Shown here one piece after another: positions 47,991 through 60,000 of a stretch of 64,000 nucleotides of DNA. The notes beneath the pieces are model-generated. The model was not told the DNA's origin. It did no database searches and worked only from the letters and a program-made list of their open reading frames with translations. The translations under genes were made by a program, and so were the position numbers. The DNA comes from Hydrolagus affinis (Eukaryota): assembly GCA_012026655.1 (NCBI GenBank), contig JAAILG010001142.1:1-64000 (forward strand), read 5' to 3'. Position 1 is the first letter of the stretch, and every line of letters begins with the position of its first letter.

Positions 47991-50277
47991 GAAGTATTTC
48001 AGAAGGCATTGAGTGTAGTATTTATAGTCTTAAAACCTGTTTTACAACAATATGTTGGTTCTTCCATATTACTCAGTAGATACTAGACTTCAGTTATTCC
48101 CCTCAACGCTATCTTTCTCCAGAGATCTGGTAGTCCTCAAGCAGTTGACTTATTCTTTCATTGTAGTCTGCTCCAGATTGTTCCACTTTTTTGTCAGTAC
48201 TCCCAATAGCTGTTGAGCATTCATTAGAATTTTTACGCACTGGGCTGCCGAGTACCAGGAACATTCCATTAAAAGTCAAACCAAATAACTCGTTGGCTTG
48301 TTTGGTGAAGTTTAATACCTTCATCGTGATCAATTTCAGTGAAGATAGAAAAAAATGACCCATTTTGTTGTTCACGTAGATCTGAAGCGTTGTCAAAATG
48401 AAGCCTCTTGGCATATGTAAGAATACATATTTCCTTTGACTGGCAGGATGCTATTCAAATAGATTTTTTTTCCTCTGCATTTTACCTTGACAGATGTTTT
48501 TCTTTTCCTTTTATTTTTTTCAAACCAGTCCAAACTAAATTCAGCTAATTCAGCACAGACTCCAGTGTTACCCGTTTTGTATTACAAAGCTTGATTAACT
48601 GGATAATCTAGCTGAGCAATTGGGAGAGCCTTGCGTCATGTGAAGTGGACAGGCTCGAGTAAGAGAAAGCCAGAAATTCAAGGGGATGGAATAGATGAAA
48701 ATCTATTGACTGAAAGTTAGTTGGATAGAATTAAAACTTTTAAATAAGGGATGCATCAATGGATGTCTAAAATCACGAAACAGCAGAATAGCAAAATCAC
48801 AAAATTTAATAGTTTTTGTTTTGAAAGTTCATAACCAATAATGTCTATCACAAAATAGATGCAATTTTAGGGAATCTTGATGTTGAATCATTTCAGAGAT
48901 AAAGAATTATAGCTGATTAAATACTTTAGTCATTCGCAGAGTAAAATTAGAACAGTGAAACCAAATCCTTGATGGAATGTCAATTCTGATCAGTAATATG
49001 CTTCATTACAGCAGCTGTAATGTTTTTCAGAGGTGGTTTGATCTTTCAAATATTTCAGGGGACATTAATTAAGTGAAATACAGTACAGCCTATCTAGGAA
49101 GTGACAATGTGCCTGAATGCAAATCCAATTGAAAACTGAAAAATTAGCATTGAATATGGTCAACGATTCACACTACTGTAACAGTAATATCAAATGATAC
49201 AGTTAAGAATTCCAGATTTTGTGAATTCTAGATTTAAGCATTCTTGAAAACTGGATTCCATCAATGGACCACAGCAACACCTGTTATAATTTAACTTAAT
49301 TATACTATGAGTTTGCTTCAGTGCACTTGACATTCACTTAACCCTCAAAATATGTGTGGCAGATTAATCGTGTCTTAAAAAAGCTGGCAGTACACAGGAG
49401 GGATGTCGATGATGAACTGATGATTTAGAAGTACAGCCATTTTGAAGTACTAATGGAGTGTGGTGGCTTTGTGCGTGCATTGTAATAATAATAATAATAA
49501 TAATAAATGTGAAGGCATTGACTGCCGATTGGGCTTTTATAAGTGCCATGGGTTTTCACTGCATTATATGGGCTCATCTTAAAAACAAACCTTGTTCAAA
49601 TTCAGCACCAATGCTGTTTAACTGTCATAATTATATTTTTTATATATATATATATATGGTTCTCACATTCAGAGTGCAGTAAATCTGTGGTGATAGACAC
49701 CCCATTAAAGATAAGCCTGATAACTTAATTATATTAAATAGAAACATTGCCCCAACAACTGTCAAACGGATATCTATACAGTGAATAGAAAGTATGACAT
49801 CTTCAGCCTAGATTCTGTACAAATTGTCCTGTACTTTCTTAAATAGCAATGGTACTTAAGTTATAAGTGGAAGCCAACCTGTCAATGTGTTAACCTTGCC
49901 AAAACAAGGTTTATTTGATTATAAGGACGCTTTCTCAGTTCTCTATATGAACAGATGCTGTTCATTGGATGCCATGTAAAGCTGTGTGAGGCTAAACTTA
50001 AAATCTGTTTTTACACTGAGCTTCAATTGGAACCGTAAAATTAGGCAATTTATTGTTGGCTTCACCAATGTACAATCCTGTATAGAATAATTGGGGTCCT
50101 TTGCTTCAATGCAACATTGTAAAATATAGTATTGCGCAGAAAACTTGACTACTGAGTTGATGTGTGTTGTTCATGGTTTTTCCAAATATATATATATCGA
50201 TGCATTTGTTAAAATCCATTCTGTTTTTTTTAATCAATTACACAACTAAATCATTTGTTCATTTTTTTATTATTCAG

Positions 50278-50382
50278 TCATCAAGATCTTCAAAGAAAAT
50301 TCACAATTTTGGCAAAAGGTCAAACTCTATTAAAAGGAATGCTAATGCACCGGTTATAAAACGTGGCTGGCTATACAAACAG
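50278..50382 (+). CDS. PLEKHA5: PLEKHA5 coding exon (start of PH domain), 105 nt
   Basis: tattcag / gtattc; SSRSSKKIHNFGKRSNSIKRNANAPVIKRGWLYKQ. Confidence 0.96.
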
Positions 50383-51262
50383 GTATTCCAGAAAAATATT
50401 AGTTGAGTACAGTTTTAACTTTGAGATGTTTACTTTGTACATATTTATTTGGAAAAAAAATCCACTTGATGTATTTGAAGTGCTGAATTGTTATTAAAAA
50501 AAAGTATTTACAAGGGCAGAGATTAACAAAAAGCATGAAAATTCTAGTTATATTTGAGCCATTTCATCTTGTGTACAATTCAGAGGATTTTGAATTCATA
50601 GATGCGATCAGCAATATTGTACAGTCAGCTGTCAAACTTGCTTGTGGCTTGGCACCTGAGCACATAAAGACATGTCATTTTTCTTAAGGGATGTGTCTGA
50701 CTGATTCTAAATCTAGCGGACATAACCCCAGGGCAAACCCAAACGAAGAAAAACTTGACAATAACAATGTTTTCCAACTCATTTCCTCCTGACCCCAAAC
50801 TGCTATCTCCTGCTACTCTGTCATACAGATATGATTGGGTTCAACATTTCAGCTCCTAAGGAGTTGCTGATAAGTATTCAGACTTTCACACCATGCCGTT
50901 AAATTACATTTCCATGTTCTCGTGCAGACATTTTCAACCTGACAATGGATTTCAGAAGATTCCCTTCTGTATTCCTAATCTTCCTATATGTCACCTGATA
51001 TTCTTTTCATATCTGGTAGTATTGACCTAGTATAGTGCTCAATAATGTTCATTTTGATCCCTTTTAAATACTTATAATTCAAAGATTGAGTTAATGGCAT
51101 TAAATTTGATAAATATAAATGATTTTGCTGCATTATTTCCTTTTATATTAAGATTTAGCAAAATTGTCTAATTTAGAGAAACTTGAAAGTCTGTGAAAAC
51201 AGTAATTCAAACTACAAGTCTCATCATTACCTGATGGAAAAAAAATTGTAATTATGTTTCAG

Positions 51263-51335
51263 GACAGCACTGGTATGAAACTCTGGAAGAAACGATGGTT
51301 TGTGCTTGCAGATCTGTGCTTGTTCTATTATAGAG
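51263..51335 (+). CDS. PLEKHA5: PLEKHA5 coding exon (PH domain beta1-beta2 basic motif), 73 nt
   Basis: tgtttcag / gtaaga; DSTGMKLWKKRWFVLADLCLFYYR. Confidence 0.96.
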
Positions 51336-51421
51336 GTAAGATAACAACCGCAACTTGCATTTATATAGCACACTTCACACCGGATGGCGTCTTGGAGCGC
51401 AAGTGAGCTGAATAGGTCATA

Positions 51422-51640
51422 AGCAAGTTTCCTTACTCCACACGCATGATAATAATCCTTCCAAAAAAAATCCACAATAATAAAAATTGGTCATTTCAAT
51501 CCACGACTGTTTGTGGGACACTGCTGTGCGCAATTGGTTGCCACGTTTCACCCACAAATATACAGTCAATTCAGTTTACAGTATATTCTGTGAAGCGCTT
51601 TGAGACATCTAGAAGATGTGAAAAGCGCTATGTCAAATTC
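51422..51640 (+). mobile_element. Same SINE, headless, ends at an assembly gap
   Basis: Core and tail match. Confidence 0.87.
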
Positions 51641-51898
51641 NNNNNNNNNNNNNNNNNNNNNNNNNNNNNNNNNNNNNNNNNNNNNNNNNNNNNNNNNNNN
51701 NNNNNNNNNNNNNNNNNNNNNNNNNNNNNNNNNNNNNNNNNNNNNNNNNNNNNNNNNNNNNNNNNNNNNNNNNNNNNNNNNNNNNNNNNNNNNNNNNNNN
51801 NNNNNNNNNNNNNNNNNNNNNNNNNNNNNNNNNNNNNNNNNNNNNNNNNNNNNNNNNNNNNNNNNNNNNNNNNNNNNNNNNNNNNNNNNNNNNNNNNN
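51641..51898. other. Assembly gap (258 N)
   Basis: N run at a SINE tail. Confidence 1.
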
Positions 51899-53410
51899 TG
51901 CTCTTTGCATTTTGTGTGATTTATAGCACTTACGTTGTGTCTGCAAGCATATTCATCCAGATAATATGTATCGTTTTACAAATGCCACAATATGATGATC
52001 ACCGTTTGTAATGTAAAAGGTCAGAAATAGTTGTATGATTCAAAATGACTCCAATAATTGATACTTTCTTGAGCTTCCGTGCCCTAAATTCAATATATTT
52101 TCTATTTAATGAGAGGCTACCTACCTTAACAGTATCATTTTTACTGAGATTTCACAGCAGCCTAATAAGTTTTGAAAATCAAACGTGATGAAAACCAGTT
52201 CAAAGATAAGTCTAAATTTGAATACGATTTAATAAAATGCATTCTTTACCGAGAAACTGAAATAGAACCAGATTAATTAAGTTCCATTTAACAAGTTGCA
52301 CTAAATAAACACAATTGATGGAAATATAGTGAAAAATTAATTGCATAAAATATTATAAATCTTCAAATCCTAAATCTTAAATACATTTTGGCATTTAAGT
52401 GTTCCTTGAAATATTACATGAAACTTGACAGTTGTCTGGTCAACAAGGAACATCCGACCATCATTAGTGATTAGTTTTATACAGTTAACAGGCGGCTGAA
52501 ATAGGAATAGTCCCAGAACATGCACTCCTCCCAAGTTCTGCTAACAAGGCAGGCTGACTGATGCATCATCACTAATGCCCTGCAGTACTGCAGGCTCAGG
52601 TCCCAGAGCTCTCAGACTGCCAAGGAGGATTAAACTCCTTTACAATCTCCCATTGTTTGTCAAGCCTGTCACCTTAGAGCCAACTCAGCCCCAAGGAGAC
52701 CCCATTTATTTTCTTTCCTCCCCCTCCCCTTCTCACTCCCCACCCCACGTGAAGAAGAGACCTGCTGCACCAAGTCTTAATAATTGAGAGTTGAAGGAGG
52801 GGAAGAAATGGAATGAATTATCTCAAAAAGGGTAATAAAAAAAATGCATAAATTCAAGAAGGTCTTTTTAATTTTGCCTCCACAGTTATTTGTCAGGTTC
52901 CCCCTTTTGCAATAAATCTGCTCTTGTTAACTGGAAAACCATTTGTATAAACCTAATCTCCCAATGGGGTGAAGTTTGAGTGTCATTCAAGACTTCTTTG
53001 AAGTATCAATAGTTTATTTGTTGACTGACTGGTTGACTGGCAGAAGAGAGAATTTGAAAGGACTGAGTTAAGAAGGCTGTTCTTTTGTCTCTGGTACCTA
53101 CTTTCAATTGGGGGCTCAGTGATGTCAGCAGTGATCCTTGTAAGTCTGATAGTAATCGTGACTGCTTTATAACACACCCCATTTTAACACCGTCTTGTTT
53201 TTTATAATAGACTTAGTCAGTGTTTTCTTTGCTATAAAACTGATTCATTTGCTGTGATTACCTTAAAGTTGCTTATTAACAGCATTTTTATAAAACATCT
53301 CTTATGGATCATTGAATGTAATTGTTTAAGAATTACTCTTTGGAATTTCTGCTGACGATCAGTAGAGAAAGAAAGAGTCTGCAAAACCTGACTGAATTAC
53401 AGTAAAAGTA

Positions 53411-54117
53411 CAGTAAAAACCCGTTTATTTGGCACCCTCGGGACCTGGCCAATGCCAGTTAAAGCGCGTGCCGGATATTCGGCCGAGAACACACAAAAAC
53501 ATTTTTTTGAAATAAAATACTTTCATTATATTTTTTCAAACATACCATATTTGGTATAGGCTAAATAATAACAGAATATTGTATGGATACTTACCAATAC
53601 AGCAATAAATATCGGTTACAGTCTATAAACACAGCACACAATCATACTCTCTTTTTATTCTTTCTCTTTCACGCGCATACACTCAGTCAGTCTGGCATCT
53701 CAATGGCTCCAAACCCAACCCCCCTCCATTCCTCTCATTTTCCATCTAAATTAATCAACTCACCCACCCTCTCTCTCTCCCCTCCTCTCCCCCACTTCTC
53801 TCTCCCCCTCCCACTCTCTCTATCTCCCTCCCGCCTCTCTTTCCCGTTGTCCCCCCCGCCATCCTCTCCCTGTCTCTCTCTCAAACCAGGAAGTGCACTT
53901 TGGCAGCATTCAAGAGGTAATCGTAGTGTACTCTGAGGGGAAAAAAACGGCAGTGCACCTTCAGGCACTAGTAGCAGCATTCCGAAATACTGATACAAGA
54001 GAAAAAAATGCGATTGTGCCGGATAAGACCCGGTTAATCAAATGGGGACCTTCTTTTGAGGTGCCGGTTATACGGAAGTTACGGTTCATCAAATCGCAGA
54101 TAAACAGGCTTTTACTG
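53411..54117. mobile_element. Tigger-like MITE, same family
   Basis: TA TSD; cagtaaaaacccgtttattt / agataaacaggcttttactg. Confidence 0.87.
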
Positions 54118-54591
54118 TACCTTGAAGCTCAAGTTTTATAGTCGTGGCCTTTTCTGCTGATGAGTGTTTACCAGAAATGTTTTAAAGAATAGTATTAACT
54201 TTGTAGCTTGTCACTGCTGTTTTTTTATACCTCGCACTCTTACTCCTGAGGGCTGACTGAAATTGCAAGTTTTTTTTGATGGGTCGTCAGATTAATGTGC
54301 TGGAGCATTAACGGGGTTTTCTAACTGATTTGATTGTAAATCGTTGTTTTTGGGGAGAAAAAGTGCTTGTGAAGTGCTTTATATTAATGTTCAAAAGATG
54401 TTTGGATCTGCGTAGCACCAGATTTTTGCATATCTATCTTTCACCACTAGATGTTGGTTTGAATGAATTTGGATGAAGACAAATATCATTCCTCAGTTGA
54501 GCAACCCAAATAGGGTGCTATAATTAGCCGGGCTGAACTGAGCTAGCCGGCTGCTTGCATGTGCAAGTGAAACTAGCTATTGGAATATGAT

Positions 54592-54910
54592 ATAATAATA
54601 ATCCTTGCATTTGATACAGCGCTTTTCACATCTTCTAGACGTTTCAAAGCGCTTCACTGAATACACTATAAAGTGAACTGATGTATATTTGTGGGTGAAA
54701 TGCGGCAGCCAATTGCGCACAGCAGCGTCCCCACAAACAGTCGTGGATTGAAATGACCAACTTTATTGTAAGTTTTCTTTTGGACGGATTATTATTAGGC
54801 ATGTGGAGTAAGGAAACTTGGCCCAAGGATTTGTCCTGGCCTGCCTGGATTCGAAACACAAGTCTTATGCTTGTAAGGTGAGTGCTCTAACCACTGAGCT
54901 ACAGGACTCC
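54592..54910 (-). mobile_element. Same SINE, full length
   Basis: Reverse complement of the consensus. Confidence 0.9.
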
Positions 54911-55238
54911 ATAAGCCAATATAAGGCTGCTTGGGGTTTTATGGATCTTAACTACAGTCTTATAATGAGACACTATATTTTGTACAAACAAAGACTTTTT
55001 TTTAAAAGGGCGAGGCTGGGTTGGTTTCATAGCAAACGTCAATGTGGACAGATTGAGATAGATGACTGAATAGACAGAATAGAATTTTCAAAAGTATTGT
55101 ACAGTCGTTCATGTTACTCCCAACATCAAAGTAGCTTCTCCAGTGTAATTGTGAAAGGTATCTCGCCTAGGGAGACAGGAATTTCACTAAACTAGTTGAC
55201 GTCCTAAGAGCTACACTTAAACTGACCTTTTTTTTCAG

Positions 55239-55339
55239 ATGACAAAGAAGAAGGCATTCTGGGGAGTATTCTTCTGCCGAGTTTTAAGATAAGTCCAGTT
55301 TTACCCGAAGATCATATCAACCGAAAATATGCATTCAAG
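55239..55339 (+). CDS. PLEKHA5: PLEKHA5 coding exon (PH domain), 101 nt
   Basis: tttttttcag / gttagt; (D)DKEEGILGSILLPSFKISPVLPEDHINRKYAFK. Confidence 0.96.
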
Positions 55340-56380
55340 GTTAGTGAATTTCATATGATATGGCTCCTTTCTATATGAAATATGCTGTCATTAAAAAGCC
55401 ATAAGTGAGGTTTGTTCAAATTGCAATTCGCATTCATCCAAATATTTACTTGCCCAGATTTTGATTTTTTTTAGACCATCTGTTTTGAAGAGATTTTCCT
55501 GGTTACTTTACTGGCTTCCTCAAGATGTTTTATTTCTGTATCTACCAAGGTACCAGAAACAAATGAAGTAATTTCAGAAATATTTTCCTAAATTTTAAAC
55601 TTTTATTGAATTATTCATAGAAATTAATTTTTTTCAAAAAAAAGTGCAACGTTTAACTTGTTTTCATTGTCTCGTTTACAAATATTTGAAGGAACTAATA
55701 ACTGATTGTCACATTGAGGTCAACTGATTGAGATTCCACCTTCTTTGTCATTTTCTTTCTTTCTGTTTTCAACATCCAACCATATATCTGAGCAACTGGT
55801 GGCCTTTTTGTGGTGTTTCAGAGCTGCTGTAAATACACTTAAAGCAACAAGGCAAGTATGTTTATGTTTGTACTATGAATGTATAGAGAAATGGCAGTTT
55901 TGTGAAACCAGCTTAAAGTTTAAGCTTCCATTAGATTCCCGTTACTGCAAGAGAGGGAGGGGACCAGAGCGGGTGGAATCAGGATAGGGAGAGAGTATTA
56001 GAGTGGGTGGAGGCTCATATGGAATTCACTGGCTTGAATTAGTGGAGCCAAATGGCCTGCTTTAGTGCTGTACAGTCTATAATTTGGTTTCTGCTTTGCA
56101 GCTTGGATTTTTGTTTTTACAAAAGGTTAAACATTTAATATTTTCTGGGAGAGTTGGATATTTTATATTAGAAGGATTAACCTAAAATGCTGGATTTATT
56201 CCAGTGGCACAAAAAGCTCACTGGCGTTTACTGCGGCAGTCAATAATCAATGTAACTGAGCATTTAAAATGTTTGGTCTCCATTTTGATGTGATTGTGGT
56301 GTGGTAACTATATATTTTTCTTTTCTCCTTTTTCTTGCAGGAGTCATGTTCCCTTAATAACGACTGTCATTTCTAATCAG

Positions 56381-56496
56381 GCTGCTCATCCAAATATGCG
56401 GACTTATTACTTCTACACGGATACAGCCAAGGAAATGGAGTCCTGGATGAAGGCTATGATTGAAGCTGCCCTTGTTCAAACCGAACCTGTGAAGAG
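56381..56496 (+). CDS. PLEKHA5: PLEKHA5 coding exon (PH C-terminal helix), 116 nt
   Basis: ttctaatcag / gtgaaa; AAHPNMRTYYFYTDTAKEMESWMKAMIEAALVQTEPVK(R). Confidence 0.95.
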
Positions 56497-57809
56497 GTGA
56501 AATTGCTATTTGATTTCCAAAGAAAAAAAATCATAAATCTAGCGCCAAGTATAGAAGATGTCAGTTGTTTCAAGTGCAATCATGACTTATCAGATGGGGG
56601 GCTTTGCACGGTGGCAGAGTGCTGCACTCAAAATCGTGAGGCCAGAGTTGAACTCCCTGCGGTTATTACCATTCAAAGTAGATTGCCCTCAAAGGGTGAG
56701 ATAAGTGAGCTGTTAGCTTCGCCAATCCCTGAGAGGATGCCCTCTGGCCGGAAAGAGCGGAAACATTAGCAAAGCCAATTGCACTTGTGCATCTTGCTGT
56801 TCCTGATTCAAGTGGCATTCGAGGCAATGCTGACTCTCCCAGCCTGAAACAGGAAGCATAGTCACAAATGGAATCGAGTGGCAGTCAGGCGGAAAATAGG
56901 GATTTTATCTTCAGATCAATGGATAACATCATTTGATACTTTATTAATAAGGAAATGTTAATCAATGCACATGTAGATTTTGAATTCCTCATAAGAATCC
57001 AGTGTTTAGCCCTGTTTAAAACCTTTGAGTTAGGTTGACAGTGGAGAAACAGGATTTCGCTGAAACTTAATCTTGACTTGAGATGAAGCGAATTTTCCAC
57101 TCACTTGTTTTATATTTAATTTTAAGCTGTGGACAATCTTTTAGAGTTGAGCATGTAATTTGTAATTTCCATCAACCTCAAACTTGCCAGTGATGCAAAA
57201 CAGATTTTTTTTAGTTAGCTTCATGAATACTTCAAACGCTTTCTGGTGGAGCTGAGTGGGAAACGCAAATGCAAGGACTTTTGTATATCACAAAGCCACC
57301 CACTATACTCTCTATAGATCTGCTAGGATAAAGCAAAGACCCCAAATTAATTCTAAAACGGTCTCCAAATTGCTTGCACTCTTCATCGGGAATTGAACTC
57401 AACTCCCAAAGAAAGACAAGCTTGTAATGTTTAAAGTGGACATCCTCCTGACATGAAAGGCAATATATAAATAAATTTTGTTATTATTGTTGTTTCATTA
57501 AGTCAGATTTCTGTACACATGGACTTCTGTACACAGCCATGTGATCTGTGGCCATGATATGTATGTCTTGAGAGTTAGAATTTTATAGACCCACCTATTA
57601 CCTTATAACAGGTGCTGTAACTGGTAACATAAAGTGTTTACAAGTGTAGTATAAAGCAGTGGCTGTTGTTGTTATACCGCATGGGGGACATTTGTGGCCT
57701 CTTTCCCTTTGATCTACTGGATCTTAACAGACGTGCGGCTCTGTACCTCTGATCTCTATTTGCGATATTAGCTGTGATTTACATTACCTCTCACGTTCTT
57801 GCTTTCCAG

Positions 57810-57815
57810 CGACAG
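57810..57815 (+). CDS. PLEKHA5: Candidate 6-nt microexon (CGACAG) of PLEKHA5
   Basis: tctcacgttcttgctttccag|CGACAG|gtaagg; frame-preserving in a phase-2 intron; TGC inside the pyrimidine tract. No transcript evidence. Confidence 0.5.
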
Positions 57816-58763
57816 GTAAGGGAGTATGATTAAGAGGCCAGGTTATCTCAGCTTCCGTAAAGTAATCTCTGTTTTCAGTTCAGTTTAATGCAATCATTGT
57901 TTCACAGCTTCTTTGCTCTTCCTGTACATTAAGTCCCTCGTCTCCTCTTGGCAATTGCCACAGTGGTTTGATTGAAATTGGGAGCTCACAATGCAAACCA
58001 GTGTCCCTTCCCCCCTGTGGTGCAGTGATCTGGCGAATCAGCCTTGAGTAAGACAATTGTTGTAATTGTGGACCACACAAAAAAATGACTAAACCACATT
58101 CATTTAAGATGTTGACAGTAACTTTGTTTGTCAGCTAAAATAAATATCCCAATTTTACAGTTCTGAGTCTCTTCCATTGCTGAAGTCTTGTGTCCTAATA
58201 CTATGGAATGCCGAGTACTGGGGCATGACTGTCCAGGCAATCTTGATTGTTTTTCCAGAGAGAGAGAAAGAGAGATAAACATAATTTGCGAGCACAAGGA
58301 CCTCTCAAAGATGTGTGATGAGAGGACGCTGCTTCCCACAATAGTGTATCAGATTGCAGAGACTCAGCTGTCACAATGAATGAGAAAGACAGCTGTTCGA
58401 GGTCTTAATCCTAATTTGTCTACAACACAAATGGGTTGCATGGGTTGCATTGATGAACATTGTGAATGTGGACTTTTATATCTTTCTGTTATACCACATA
58501 TAAGGATCCCGAAAATCGACAGTTCAGTGTGCAAACAAGCCAATCCACTTTTTTTTGTCTGTGTGTGTGTTTTAAATGTTGCCTGTGGATTTATTTCTTT
58601 ATTTTAAGATATCAAGTACTAGTGCATGAATTTGTTCCACTATTGCTAGTGTGATGTGTGTGTGTGTCTCTGTGGTGGGTGGGGGGGCGCACCCTGGATC
58701 AAACGTCATTGGGAAATGCTGCCTGGATGAGAAACATTCACTTGCTCTGTCTTACACCAACAG

Positions 58764-59267
58764 GATCGAAAAAGTAAAATCTGAAAATTTGCCCCTACAA
58801 GAGGCTAATAACCATATTGTAAATCCCAAAATGTTAATGAAACCTGAAGCTTCGAACCAGAAAAGTAAAGATCCTACTTTAAGTCTCCAAACAATAGACA
58901 ATAGTAACCTGAGTCACGCTGACAAATATGGTTTTGACAAAGACAGACTGGACAAGCCTTTGACTAAGATTAATAGCATCAATTTGCACTCAACCAAATT
59001 AGAAAATCCAAATGTGGTGTCAAGCAAAGGTACAAGCAGCATGCAGGCTGGACAGTACAAACCTACTCGTGTGAACGGTTCAACAAATTCTGCAACTTGT
59101 CTGGCTGGTGCTATCAGTGCTCCTGTGGATGAAACGGACGCAGGAAGAGAGAGGCTGGTTTTCCAAAACAGCAATGGAAGGGGAATGCAGAGGACTAATT
59201 CTATGGTGCAACTTGAGCAATGGGTGCGAACGCAGAAAGAGAGGGGACAAGAGGATGAACCCAGAAG
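58764..59267 (+). CDS. PLEKHA5: PLEKHA5 large post-PH coding exon, 504 nt, phase 2-2
   Basis: accaacag / gtagga; IEKVKSEN..ADKYGFDKDRLDKPLTKINSI..MQRTNSMVQLEQWVRTQKERG, conserved PLEKHA5 motifs. Confidence 0.93.
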
Positions 59268-59626
59268 GTAGGAGGCTAATCTACTAATGTTTTTGTTTCA
59301 AGCATTGTATGATTTTTGTGAAAGTATGTTCACATTGTTGTTTCAATGCTACATGTTGGATGGGATTTATGTGTTCAGGGGGCTTGATGGTGTGTTGTTT
59401 TTCTCAACCAATGCATTGTCTGCAGAAGAGAGAGAGAGAGCGAAAAAGATTGCTGACATTAAAACTAGGAGTCTTCCAATTCTAAATTCTTTATCAACAT
59501 TTAATCTGCAGTCTTATTATTTTACAGATATCTGCAGTACTAGAAAATGGAATTGCACAATAAAATTTGCAATCTTACTTCAGATCCGTATTTATCAAAG
59601 TGGTTTTCTTGAAGTTTTTTTTCGAA

Positions 59627-60000
59627 ATAACAACAAAATTACACTTGTATAGCGCCTTTCACATCAGGAGGACAATCATTGTTTCAGACCCAAGCTGGGG
59701 ACGGGGTGCCATGGGAAGAGGGAATGGAAGGCGGGGGATTAGGAGTTGCCGATGGGTCCATCAAAGAGGAGAGTCTTGAGGTGGGACTTGAAGGAGGCCA
59801 GGGAGGGGGCGAGGTGGAGGGACTGCGGGATGGAGTTCCAGAGGTTGCGGCAGAATGGTTAATGGCTTGCCCACCAATGGTGGGGCAGGTGGGTCGGGGG
59901 ACATGGAGCAGACCAGAGCCCGCTGGTCTGCGGTGGGCTGCTTGAGGGGTGTGCTGCTTGGTTGGGGGTTAGAAGGTCATGGATGTAGGGTGGGGCGAGG
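59627..60000 (-). mobile_element. L2 3' fragment (family B)
   Basis: Aligns by eye with 8905-9260. Confidence 0.85.

Noticed and set aside
57731-57815. Longer exon using ttaacAG (57730) with the same donor as the microexon
   Set aside because: 85 nt shifts the frame and the acceptor is weaker than the one at 57809
58651-58763. N-terminal part of the 206-aa ORF (MMCVCVSVVGG..)
   Set aside because: Intronic read-through upstream of the acceptor, including a GT microsatellite
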